A stretch of 63,773 bases of DNA, filler included, from Octopus bimaculoides (lineage: Eukaryota), in NCBI RefSeq assembly GCF_001194135.2. It is 8 parts of 7 records of this genome, joined end to end, with 100 filler letters (N's around TTAATTAATTAA, not from the genome) between each part and the next. Parts side by side here need not be neighbours in the genome. Positions count along the whole stretch, not along the records: positions 1 to 8,854 come from NC_068990.1; positions 8,955 to 25,610 come from NC_068981.1; 6 more parts are not named here. The stretch is one strand, 5' to 3'. The notes beneath the pieces are model-generated. The model ran no database searches and was not told the DNA's origin. It saw only the letters and a program-made list of their open reading frames with translations. Shown here in pieces: positions 1-12,204 of the stretch (the first letter of the stretch is position 1; each line of letters starts with the position of its first letter). The position numbers and the translations under genes were made by a program.

Positions 1-176
1 CATCATTCCAAAATACCTCAGCATATCCCGTCTCACTGCCCCCACCCCCACCTTAACGGATGCTAATGTTGTTGTTATTGTTGTTGTTTAATACCAGGCA
101 AGCGCTGATCGAGCAGACTTATGATCAAGGATATTCCAGCTATGACCAACCTGTTTTTGTATTCTTTTAGAGATAG

Positions 177-335
177 GTGCAGGTAAGGCTGTGTGGTAAG
201 TAGCTTACTTCCCAACCACATGGTTCTGGGTTCACTCCCACTGTGTGTCACCTTGAGCAAGTGTCATCTACTATAGCCTCAGACCAACCAAAGCCTTGAG
301 CATGGATTTGGTTGATGGAAGAAGTTTGTTGTATG
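177..335 (+). mobile_element. tRNA-derived SINE family A, 5' part
   Basis: A-box-like GGCTGTGTGGTAAG, B-box-like GGTTCACTCCC, core ACCTTGAGCAAGTGTC..CTACTATAGCCTC shared by many copies in the window. Confidence 0.75.
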
Positions 336-595
336 TTGTATATATTACACTCTCGGAGGAGTTGGTGTTAGGAAGGGCATCCAGCTGTAGAAACTCTGCC
401 AGATCAGATTGGAGTCTGGTGCAGCCATCTGGTTCACCAATCTCCAGTCAAACCATCCAACCCATGCCAGCATGGAAAACGGCCGTTAAACAATGATGAT
501 GATGATGATAATATGTGTGTGTGTCTTTGTGACTGTGTTTGTCATTCACCACTGCTTGACAACTGGTGTTGGTTTGTTTACATTCCTGTAACTTA

Positions 596-1469
596 GGTGA
601 CTGGTAAATTTCACCACAGTAAATTCCACCACGGTAAATTCCACCATGGTATATTCCACCATGGTAAATTTCACCATAGGTAAAATTATTATTACTATTA
701 TTATTATATGGGTTACAATATTATGGAAATAAAAAAGAATGCATAAAAAATAATATCAATAATATGAATGAACACAAAAAAAAAATATGAGGGGCGAAAA
801 ATAATTAAGGAACAACCACACAAATAAACACAAGGTGAAAACAGCTGAATGAGGAAGAAGTATCAAAAAGAGACTCATTGAAATTTATAAAACAAAGCAA
901 ATACTCAATGAGAGATAAAAATATTATACAATATTTACAAAACAGAAACAACNNNNNNNNNNTATCAAAATGAAAACCCTCTGCAATTTTTGAAGAAGTA
1001 TTGCCCACAATTTTTTTTTTAAATAAATTAAAACTTTCTTATCCTAACTCTGCTTCATAATGTACTCGCTGTTATTTTTTTATCCTATTGTTACAATAAA
1101 ATGTGTGCTTAAATTTTGAAATTTTGTGGTGAGTCTTTTCATAAATTCTTGCTCAATGGGAGTATATTAAAGTGATCCCATCTCAGTTCAAGTAGATTAT
1201 AAAGATTATTTTCTATCTCACCTTCAGACCCTCTCTCTCTCTCTTCTTAAGACTTGAGAGACAGACAGATTAAATAACATAGGTATTGACCCACAGTCTA
1301 GAGAAACTGACCACGGTCATTATTAGTGGGAGCAACTTATGTTGGAAGTCTGTCCATGAGTGGAATTTACCATGGTGGAATATACCGTGGTGGAATTTAC
1401 TTATGGTTAAATTTACCATGGTGGAATTTACTTATGGTTAAATTTACCTGGTGGAATTTACCTAGAACC
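596..1469. mobile_element. Non-autonomous DNA transposon (Merlin- or MULE-like), 874 bp, long TIRs built of tandem GGTAAATTCCACCA(C/T) units
   Basis: Left arm about 596-685 and right arm about 1365-1469 are reverse complements; ends GG...CC; TSD GTAACTTA(G) at 588-595 and 1470-1477; interrupts a SINE that resumes at 1470. Confidence 0.8.
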
Positions 1470-2173
1470 GTAACTTAGTGGTTCAGCAAAAGATACTGAT
1501 AGAATAAGTGTCTTTCATAAATCTCAAGTGAGACTTAAAAATGGAATGACTCCTGAGTGTATGGCTTGGCAATCAGACAGGATGTAATGTTCTGCTAAAT
1601 ACAATGGTTGTTCAAGTGAGAAGGTGTTTTACATTCTGTTGTTAATAAATGCTAGTTTCAAAGGTGTGAGAGGTGTAATAATTTGCATATTAAAATCACT
1701 GATGAAAAGTTACTCCATTGACTGCCTGAATATTGCTTTTTATTTTTTCATAGATTTAAAGAGAATCTTAAAAATGGAATGACTCCTGAGTGTGTGGCTT
1801 GACAATTAGACAAGATGTAATGTTCCAATAAACACAAAGCTCATTCAAGAGAAAATTAATCATATAGGCAAAGACATGGTAAGAAATTTGTTTCCCAACC
1901 ACATGACTCTGGGTTCAGTCCCACTGTATGTATCTATGTGTGCATGTCTCTGTGCCTGTGTTTGTCCCCCACCACTGCTTGATAACCAGTGATGGTTTGT
2001 TTATGCTCCCTTAGTGATTTGACTAAAGAGACATACAGAATAAGTATCATGCTTAAGAAAAAAAGTTAAATGTTGGGGTCGATTTGTTTGACTAAAATTC
2101 TCCAAGCTAGTGCCCCAGCATGGCCGCAGTCTAATGACTGAAACAAGTAAAAGATAAAAGATCTCTAAATACA

Positions 2174-2740
2174 CAGAGTGTTTAGGCTAAATTTGATAAT
2201 TTTTTTTTTATGTCTCTTTTGTTCAGGAACAGTTTGATGAATTGGTAACCAGTCAACCGTGTTGGAGAGCATTATGATTAAAGTTGCAGTTCAGAAAAAC
2301 ATACCTGAGATGACTAGAAGCCATCTGAATATTGGGAAAGATTTACCTGTATCATGACAATTTGTGATGAGTATCAAAATGCTGACATCATGACTGATGC
2401 TCAATGCTCTGTGAACACTGTAAAAGCTGTAAGGTATGATAGGGACAACTGCAATAGATGCCGCGATGTTGTGGCTTGTAGGAATGGACACAACAGGCAT
2501 TCTGACTGCATCTGAACATCAGAGTTTATCCCCACAACTTTGAACAGGGCCTTAAGCTCAATTCAGACAGCTGTGTGAAGCTGCTGGAGACTCTGATCAA
2601 TCCCTGGTTGGAGAGGGTTGCTGCTGGAAGATCATATGTGTGGCAGCAGGATTTGACTCCTTGCCATCCCACCGGAAAGACTCAGAAGTGGTTGTCAGAG
2701 AATGTTGTCGACTTCACTGGCCTCAGTTTCTGACCTCTTG
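2174..2740 (+). mobile_element. Internally deleted Tc1/mariner maT (DD37D)-like transposon remnant
   Basis: TIR-like start CAGAGTGTTTAGGCTAAATTTGA after TA(CA). N-terminal ...QNADIMTDAQCSVNTVKAVR...HSDCI*TSEFI is joined directly to the catalytic part PHNFEQGLKLNSDSCVKLLETLINPWLERVAAGRSYVWQQDLTPCH...KTQKWLSEN. Stops and frameshifts present. Confidence 0.8.
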
Positions 2741-3124
2741 ATAGGTGAGCAGGCCAACATTGCCCTTGACCAGAAGGTTAGTCCGTCACAGGGTGGCACC
2801 CACTTACAGCTGAGTGGACTGGAGCAATGTGAAATGAAGTGTTTTGCTCAAGAACACAATGTGCCTCTTGGTCCAGAAATTGAACTCATCATCTAGCAAT
2901 CATGCATGCAACACCCTAACCATTAGGCTACTTGGACTATGGTCATGCTGGAGTACTGACTTGAAGGATTTAGTTGAACAAATCAACCCAGGACTTAGAT
3001 TTTTTTTTAAAGTTTAGTGCTGGTCTCCTTTGCTAAACCACTAAGTTACAGGGATGTAGACAAACCAACACCATATGTCTTTAGATAGACTCATTGAGGG
3101 TCTATTGCCCTTGATATTTAAATG

Positions 3125-3335
3125 AATACTTGTGCAGGTAATGTCTTGTGTTGCCCAGGTATAACTTTGGTATATAAGTCTGTTATTGACTTGGATTTTG
3201 GCTCTATACACTACTCCTTTGGTCAAGCAATATCCATTATGTGGGCAATTGCTGGAGTCTATGGAAATACATTTAGGTTATCATTCATTTTCATTGGATT
3301 CAGAAAGTCTTTTCACAATGTGGTTTACCAATGAG
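3125..3335 (+). mobile_element. Old RTE-clade LINE reverse-transcriptase fragment
   Basis: GQAISIMWAIAGVYGNTFRLSFIFIGFRKSFHNV aligns without gaps to RTE RT QILALRRLIEGV...FIDFKKAFDSI. Confidence 0.5.
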
Positions 3336-4120
3336 ATAAACTACTCATAACAAGAGTAGCTAACCTGCATTGTCTTTATATTTATACTGAATGTAAACAT
3401 TGAAGTGCAGAATTGAAATGGAGTCACTTGTCACATCAATATGGTAGTGTTTGATCAAAACCAGATTAACTTAATATTTTCAACCAATCAAATCACTTGC
3501 TACCATTCACTCCTGAAATAATGTGATTGAAGTGAAAATAATGTAGAAGACAGGATACAAAGTCAGAAAGAGAATTAATCTAGACTAATAACAATGCTGT
3601 CAACTGTAACGAGAAAATTAAGACACACACAAAAGCAAAAACAAATAAATCTGTGCCAAATGTTTAAAGATAAAAAACATGGGAATGTATGTATACTTAT
3701 TGGAATGATAAATGTGTGTGTGTGTGCATATGTGTGTGTGTGATGTCTGTGCATGTGTTTGTGATGTATGTGTGTGCGTGCATATCTGTATGTGTGATGT
3801 GTGTGTGTGTATGATGCATGTGTGCGTGCGTTTGTGCATGTGTGATGTGTGTGTGTGATGTGCATGCATATGTACGTATGTGTGTGTGTGTGTGTGTGTT
3901 TATCAAAAAACTCTGATTTCATATTTTATTTATTTCAATGAGAAAAAAATGACAATAACACATGCTTCTTTTTCTCGTAATTGTATCTAAAGTGTGTAAA
4001 AAGACCTTCACATCACAATAAGGAAATGGCTTCTAGTTTGCAATTATTTCACTCAGTTACTTTTATGGTTTTCAACGCTTCTGCACAATGCAGGATGACC
4101 TACATCTCTCTCTCTCTCTC

Positions 4121-4158
<38 letters not shown>

Positions 4159-7100
4159 ACTTTCTCTCTCTCACTTTCTCTCTCTCACTTTCTCTCTCTC
4201 ACTTTCTCTCTCTCACTTTCTCTCTCTCTCTCTCACGAAGGTTTATAAGTTCAGCTCAATCTATTCATGCACAGTTCAATTTTTAAAAAAATTATTTATG
4301 AATACAAACAAGCACATACACACACATACACTCATGCACACACACATGCATGCATGCACGCACACACACTCACACACTCATACACACACATGCATGCACA
4401 CACACACACAAATGCACAACATCCGGTCAACAAAAAAGTTTTGGACGTGAACAATGTTAGAAAACCTTTTATCAAAAGTTGTAACTGCATAGGAATTAGC
4501 AGGTAGAAAATAAAAGATCTTTTTTTAACCACAAAATTGGAAAAAAATACTTGGAAATGAACAAAAGGGATCATGTTCCTCCTTCACAACCTCCCCCATC
4601 TCACCCACACATGCTTTCAATACCACATAAAAAAAAGCACCTGTGTTGCAAGCACATAAAAGGCGCACATGCTGGTGTCACATAAAAAGTACCCATGCAG
4701 GTGCCTCATAAAAGTACCTGTGCCAGCACCACACAAAATGTGCCACTGTGCCGACACCACATAAAAGCACCCAGTACTCTTTGTAAAGGGGTTGATGTTA
4801 AGAAGGACATCCAGTGGTGGAAACCATGCCAAAACAGATGACCTGGTACCGGGTGCAGCTCTCTGGCTTGTCAGCTCCTGTTAAACCATCCAACCCATGC
4901 CAGCATGTTGTACAGATGTTAGCTGATGATATATTCTGCCAGAGATATGATAACAGAAACAATGTAAATATTTTGCGTTCCATTATTGATGTGAATATGT
5001 TAAAGCATTGGTTTTTATCCCTTATGTTTGAAGTCTATGTGGTCATCTGACGAGAACAGGTGCTTTTAAATGATGTAATGTTTTCATTAATCAATTAAAG
5101 GAATCGCTTGAAGCGGCCGTAACGAATTGACACCTGTACATCTTCGTCACTCATTTATATCTTATTCACTTACCTTGGAATCTGCACTTTGGAAATACTA
5201 TAAAAGATATGTTTTATATAAAGTACATGTCTGAATTACCAAGAGTGGATCTCTTCACTCAGCTGGGTTGCATTGTCTGCACACGCAGCAGGAATATCAG
5301 GTGCAAACACTCCTGTACAGGGTTTTGATATTCAATATTCAATTAATATACAATCGATACAAGGGCAAACAATTCACAAGAAAAATAATTCCTGAAAATT
5401 TATTTTACTAAGATATCATTAATTTTGTTATTATCTGGAATGGCTATTCTAAAAAATGATAACAGAATCAATAATATAGGTGATTGCAGGCCCAAGGAAA
5501 GCATTAAATAGCTGAAAGATTAAAATTAATCAAAGGACATACTAAGTATGTCTACCTGCTAGAAATAACAGCCAAAACTCTTATTTAAATCGCCAAAATA
5601 CACTGATGATAGCTACAGAAATCAACCGAAAGCAGATCAGGTTAATAAAATCTCCTAACGTACATTTAAGTATTTGGACTCACATGGACCAGTTTCTGCA
5701 CTAAAAATATATATTTATATGCATGTGTGTGTGTGTGGGTGTATACATGTGTATATATACATACACGCACACATACACATATATACATAATATGTGTATG
5801 TATATACTCCCACGCATATACATGAGGAAATCAATATACTTCTCCATGCACATCAAGAGATTTCTACTCAAACGTTGCCCACAGCATCCATTCTAAATCC
5901 ATTCTACAATGGTTCCAATCTGATTCCCATTCAGAACCACCTAATGGTGAAGAAGTTTAGTGCCATGACGTCATTTTAGAAGAAGTTTCCTTTGAAGTCT
6001 GTTTGCTCTTCGATGCCTGTCTCTTGGCAATAACTGAATTATTGAGCAAGTGGTGATGATGATGGCAATGGTGGTGATGGTAATGATAATGTTGGTGGCG
6101 ACGACGACGATGATGGTGGTGGTGGTGGTGGGGATATATACACACACTAATGCAGTGTATGCTTATTTCGGTGGGAACTTACACATAATTACATGCATAC
6201 ATACATAGATACATGCATGCATGAATACATATGCAAATACGTGAAAGCATACATTCATATGTGTATACACATAGACATTACATAACATTACATGCATACA
6301 CAAATACATGTGCGTACATAAATACACATACATTCATGCATGCATACACACATACATAAATAGACATACATTCATGCATGCATACACACATACATAAATA
6401 CATACACACATAGCTAAGTACATATGTGCAGATATACATACATATATATATACATACTTACATACAAAAATACATACACACACATTCATGCATAAATACA
6501 TACATACAGACAGACTTACCTACATACATATATCTATCCATACATACACACACATTCATACACATATATGCATAAATATATATATACATACTTACAAACA
6601 AATATACATACACACACATTCATACACATTTATGCATAAATACATACAAAGACATACATACATACATACATACATGCATACGAGCTTTGTTTCTTTGTTG
6701 GAAACCAGCGCCCTCCTCAGTGGAAGATTTATAATAATTAAAAAATAGAAGAGACCACACACACACACACACACACACAGAACCTGTTACTCTTATATCC
6801 ATTTATATCCAAGCTATAAATTTTCCTTTCTTCCCATTATCGTAGTTGTATTGATCTATGTAATAGCAAATCTGCATAAAAACCTAGAAATTTGGAGTTT
6901 CTCCAAGAAAAACAGAACAGACTGATTCACATTCTGCAAATACAATCAGTTATGATACAGAAGACATTCTTTGTAAAACATTCCAGGGATTCTCCCTCTG
7001 AGGTTTCAGGTTTGAATTGCAGGCACACACTCACATGTACATATGGAACATAGCCATAAACAATAACGAAGCACATGTATTTGTCTTCTCATGTGACCCA

Positions 7101-8854
7101 CTACATGAGAATAAGTTTATCCACATGCACCCACACATAAACATGATACAAACATATTTATGTATACGGTAACTATTCCAGGTACCCAAAAACTCAAAGA
7201 ATTGTCTTCAGTTAAACAAAAGAGCCTGGCCAATCTGTTCATGACCAGCTTTGAATTCTAAAATGAAAAATCCCAAAGAAATACATACATACATACATAA
7301 AAGCATATGTATATGTACATACACATTCAACTACATATACACACATTCCTACACATATATACATAAATGCATACATTTGTACATACATGCATACACTTGT
7401 TTGCATCCTATCTACCTACATACATACATATATTCATACATACACACATACATACATACATACATACAATCATAAATACATACATGCATGCATGCATACA
7501 TATTGACATACATACATACATGCATACACACACATACATAAGATACACATTTTGTACAAACTTTGAATATTGTTGGTAATGTATCTGCTCTCTCCCTCCT
7601 CCCCCTCTCTGTTTCTGTCTTTCTTTGTCACTCCCTCTCCTCACCTCTTTTTTTTTTTTACCGTTCTTTGAAGGGAGATAAATCTCCTTGGATTTATTTC
7701 CCTTGTTCAGTCTATATCAATGATAGCGTTGTCATATGATAATCTTGAGTTCAAATCCCGCCGAGGTCGATTTTGCCTTTCATCCTTTCGGGGTCGATAA
7801 ATTAAGTACCAGTTGCGTACTGGGGTCGATCTAATCGACTGGCCCTTTCCCCAAAAATTTCGTGTCTTGTGCCTAAAGTAGAAAAGAATATACTTTTGCC
7901 AGTGTTAGAAGTATCAGGTAAAAATACACGTGTAATTAATTGTTAAACTTCACTCCTATTATCATTATTATTGATAACTTGTGTGTATATGCGCGCGCGC
8001 ACACACACACACTAACACTAGTAGAAGACACTAGTGCAAGGTGCTACACAGTGGGACTGAACCTGGAATCATGTGGTTGGGACTGAACCTGGAATCATGT
8101 GGGACTGAACCTGGAATCATGAGGCTACTTGCTAGAGAGACAACGGGCCAAGAAACACTGTAAAGCTAAGTGCTTTATAGATGTGAAAGCGAGGGTAATA
8201 TCTGGAAGGGAATTCAACCTTAAGCATTTAGGTCAACAGGGCTTTTTCTTTAGTCTGAATAAAGCATCAGTATTGTTTTACATATACTAAGTATGGGAAA
8301 TTTATACATATCAATATTAGCTTAATTAATATGTTAATAATAAGAAGTATGTTAATAATAAAATTGTTAATAATAAAAATGTAATTAGTTTATACAAAAA
8401 CCCTGAATTAGTGTCAATTTTGAATTCAAAGGCCATAGATAAGGTGTAAAGTTTAAGAATATCATATATATTGGGCTCAGAAAACTATTTTGAATTCCCT
8501 TTCCTTAGAAGTGATTGCCCCTTATACTATAACCAGTAAATAAGAGACAATAAAATCAGAGACAGCTAGAATTCTACCTAGAACTAATTACTAGCCTGCT
8601 AGCCTTGGCTATGTCAAGTTGGATTTTTATGTATTCTTCTTTCCATTTGGATTTTAAATGTTGCCACAATTATAATATGTCTATTCTACTGTAATTTTCT
8701 ACATTTTTGTGCAGCTGAAGATTGCTCTACATATTGCATTTAATGTAATGCTCGCATTACTTAAATAAATGGAGTAACATGAAACGTGCGTACTGCAATA
8801 ATCTTTAAAATCCATGTTGTTTATTTTGATTTTTTAAATATATATATATATATA

Positions 8855-8954
8855 NNNNNNNNNNNNNNNNNNNNNNNNNNNNNNNNNNNNNNNNNNNNTT
8901 AATTAATTAANNNNNNNNNNNNNNNNNNNNNNNNNNNNNNNNNNNNNNNNNNNN
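8855..8954. other. Assembly gap linker 44N-TTAATTAATTAA-44N (12-mers also at 25655, 49663, 52328, 54254, 60472, 62646)
   Basis: Identical 12-mer with stops in all six frames centred in 100-bp N blocks; an artefact. Confidence 0.95.
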
Positions 8955-8995
<41 letters not shown>

Positions 8996-9351
8996 AAGTT
9001 CACTATGATGGAATGATTACGAGCTGCTTCGCAACCACGTGATCACGACTTCGTTCCCACTGTGTGGCAGCCTCGCAGGTTTCAGTTTTTATAACCCCAA
9101 GTCCGTATTCCACGTCGAAAACTGGGTTGATGGAAACTTTCGCGGTGGGATTTGAACACAGAATGCATGTCAGATACGGTACCACAAGGCATTTCGTCCG
9201 GCACTTTGACGGCACTACAAGATTGAATGATTACAGATAGATAGATAGATAGATACATACATACATACATACATACATACATACATACATACATACATAC
9301 ANNNNNNNNNNACACATACATACATACATACATACATAGACAGACAGATAG

Positions 9352-9408
<57 letters not shown>

Positions 9409-9694
9409 GAGAGTGAGAAAGAGAGAGAAGTACCAACGTTCCCATGTGGTAGGGTTGATGATAATTGCTGATAATTTTTTGCACATGAAACCATTGGTAG
9501 CCTTGTAAACCCACAAATAAATAAAGAATATTTATCCACTAATGCAGTATTAGTGGAGGCACATGACCTAGGGGTTAGAGCGGCGGACTCGCGGTCGAGG
9601 GATCGCGGATTCGAATCTCAGACTTGGCGATGTTTGTGTTTATGAGCGAAACACCTAAACCCGGCAGAAGGTAATGGCGAACTTCTGCTAACTC

Positions 9695-9821
9695 AGTTGT
9701 ATGCTGTCAACTTAATGTGACAGTCCCCTGAAGGGAATAATACTACTGTTGGTTAGACCCAGGAAGCTGCACCGCTTCCTGGATCTGACCAACAGTAGTA
9801 TTAAGTTGACAGCATACAACT
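9695..9821. repeat. Hairpin with 48-bp interrupted stem and 6-nt loop
   Basis: 9695-9713 pairs with 9803-9821 and 9739-9767 pairs with 9774-9802 (2 imperfect pairs); 25-nt bulge in the left arm. Confidence 0.9.
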
Positions 9822-10341
9822 ACTTCATCGTATCACTACTGCATAAATCTCTCTCAGAGATTTAGAAATGCATTATTTCTAAATNNNNNNNNNNNNNNNN
9901 NNNNNNNNNNNNNNNNNNNNNNNNNNNNNNNNNNNNNNNNNNNNNNNNNNNNNNNNNNNNNNNNNNNNNNNNNNNNNNNNNNNNNNNNNNNNNNNNNNNN
10001 NNNNNNNNNNNNNNNNNNNNNNNNNNNNNNNNNNNNNNNNNNNNNNNNNNNNNNNNNNNNNNNNNNNNNNNNNNNNNNNNNNNNNNNNNNNNNNNNNNNN
10101 NNNNNNNNNNNNNNNNNNNNNNNNNNNNNNNNNNNNNNNNNNNNNNNNNNNNNNNNNNNNNNNNNNNNNNNNNNNNNNNNNNNNNNNNNNNNNNNNNNNN
10201 NNNNNNNNNNNNNNNNNNNNNNNNNNNNNNNNNNNNNNNNNNNNNNNNNNNNNNNNNNNNNNNNNNNNNNNNNNNNNNNNNNNNNNNNNNNNNNNNNNNN
10301 NNNAGAATGTGGTATTAACCACTCATTTTCACTGTTCGATC

Positions 10342-10382
<41 letters not shown>

Positions 10383-10489
10383 TATTATCAATAAATATTC
10401 TTCAGTTGTTTTATGTAGTGAGAAATCCCTCGATAATTATCAAACCTGTTACATGGGATTATTGGTTCTCCTCTCTATCTATCTATCAC

Positions 10490-10532
<43 letters not shown>

Positions 10533-10539
10533 GGCCCTT

Positions 10540-10695
10540 TGAAATACAGGTACAACTCATTTTTGCCAGCTGAGTGAAATGGAGCAACGTGAAATAACGT
10601 GTCTTGCTCAAGGACACAACGCGTTACCGGGAATTGAACTCACGACCTTACAATCGCGAGCCGAATGCCCGAACCACTGAGCCACGCGCCTTCAA
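10540..10695 (-). mobile_element. tRNA-derived SINE family E (CORE-like centre)
   Basis: GGCGCGTGGCTCAGTGGTTCGGGC head, GAGTTCAATTCCC B box, GTGTCCTTGAGCAAGACAC core. Confidence 0.7.
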
Positions 10696-11070
10696 AGATT
10701 TATTAATATGACATGATCCAATCGATAATGGTGAACAACATCTAGCATATACAAGGCTTGTGTGGAATACTGAAAGAAAACAATATTCAATCAATAGAAA
10801 TTTATTAATCAATGTATCAGACACACTTCGTCCCATATCAAAATTAAACACCAGATTGCAAAGCAACTTTTTGTGTAAAGTATGCAATAAGTAAATATGT
10901 GTAGGAAAATAATGGAGAAAGTAGTTACGCACTGAGTACGTTTCCGAACTTGAAAGAAAATCCAAATCATTTTTTCCACTTTGGAGACATACGTAGTGCT
11001 AGGAACTGCTTTTCCCGTCATTCCTTTCGTCACATGCTTACTTGCCTTGTTTTACACGCATGCACGCACG

Positions 11071-11108
<38 letters not shown>

Positions 11109-11158
11109 AATGTGTTTGGACATGTATGTGTATGTATGTATGTCTGTGTGTGTGTATG

Positions 11159-11191
<33 letters not shown>

Positions 11192-11193
11192 AT

Positions 11194-11355
11194 GGCGTAG
11201 GAGTGGTTGTTTGGTAAGTAGCTTGCTTACGAACCACATAGTTCCGGGTTCAGTCCCACTGTGTGGCACCTTGGGCAAGTGTCTTCTACTATAGCCTCGG
11301 GCCGACCAAAGCCTTGTGAGTGGATTTGGTAGACGGAAACTGAAAGAAGCCCGTC

Positions 11356-11358
<3 letters not shown>
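11194..11358 (+). mobile_element. SINE family A, young-looking 5' half ending in (TA)n
   Basis: Intact pol III boxes and core; near identical to 53684-53845 (minus). Confidence 0.8.
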
Positions 11359-11389
<31 letters not shown>

Positions 11390-11714
11390 TTAATCATATC
11401 TAAGGGAAATGGAAATGGAAATGGAAATGGAAATTAATAGAAATTTTCACTTCCAGTGGCCTAGCTAGTAAAAATTTAGCCCAAAGACTATGTATTACTC
11501 ATAAAACACAGTGTACATTTAAACACATAAGAGGAATCTACTCATGGGATTCGTCACGCCAGAAAGAACAGCTAGGTTCCAAAACCACAAATTAGGGATA
11601 AAATCCCGAAGGGAACGAAATGAAAAATAAAACTTTTACCATCTAGTTTCCTGGACCAGTTGGTTTCTGATTTTAGTTTAGCAAATAAAATAATTTGCTA
11701 GGTAAAATCGTCCT

Positions 11715-12136
11715 CAACAGGTACATCTCAGATCAAATATATAAACACGATTTTGCAATTGACCTCATGGACTTTCTGGGATTGTAATCAATGGTCTGTT
11801 GAACTTACTGGATAAATTCAGATGTTCTGATGATTTCAAAGCGTTTAGAATGCTTTTTATGCTTTTTATGCTTTGATACTGGTAACACGTTTCTATCTTC
11901 AGTCTCTAACTCCTTACAAACTTTGTAGAAGAAAGATCTGTCAACTTTTAAAAATCGAGATATTTCTAAATCGCTATGCTCAACCTTTTTAACCACAATA
12001 ACAGAATACCTCTTTATTTCTTGAGTAAGCCGAGGGTCTGCCATTATTATTTTCTGAAACAAAGATTATACAGAGTAAGCGAAAAATGCAGCAATGTCCC
12101 CAAAAAGGTATGTCATCAAATACCTTACGCACACTG
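11715..12136 (-). mobile_element. 5' part of a second maT (DD37D)-like transposon
   Basis: Terminus CAGTGTGCG abutting TA at 12137-12138; ATG at 12044; MADPRLTQEIKRYSVIVVKKVEHSDLEISRFLKVDRSFFYKVCKEL...IRTSEFIQ*VQQTIDYNPRKSMRSIAK, a typical maT HTH N-terminus. Confidence 0.8.
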
Positions 12137-12204
12137 TATATATACGTACTTTAAGTTAGTTAAAATATGCTTGTGGCATATTTCAACTTCTAATGGCAAA
12201 TTTC

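Noticed and set aside
596-690. Short regular repeats as a CRISPR-like array
   Set aside because: No unique spacers, eukaryotic context, and mirrored at 1365-1469 as a transposon TIR.
3575-4574. His/Thr/Cys/Val/Tyr/Ile-rich ORFs here and throughout the track
   Set aside because: Translations of (CA)n, (TA)n, (CT)n, (TACA)n microsatellites or N runs; no domains or splice context.
5957-6040. Minus-strand KR-QASKSKQ... neuropeptide-like frame
   Set aside because: Weak acceptor, no signal-peptide exon linked, and upstream sequence is a triplet repeat.
6886-7030. Frame NLEFLQEKQNRLIHIL resembling RNF123 RIEVVEELQVQILKLL
   Set aside because: Poor acceptor, similarity stops after 15 residues, and the many intervening exons are absent.
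8899-8910. Recurrent TTAATTAATTAA (PacI-like) motif, seven copies
   Set aside because: Always centred in 44N+44N blocks and encodes stops in all frames: a scaffolding linker, not biology.
9555-9640. tRNA-like sequences at SINE heads as tRNA genes
   Set aside because: They continue into SINE bodies and lack a complete acceptor stem.
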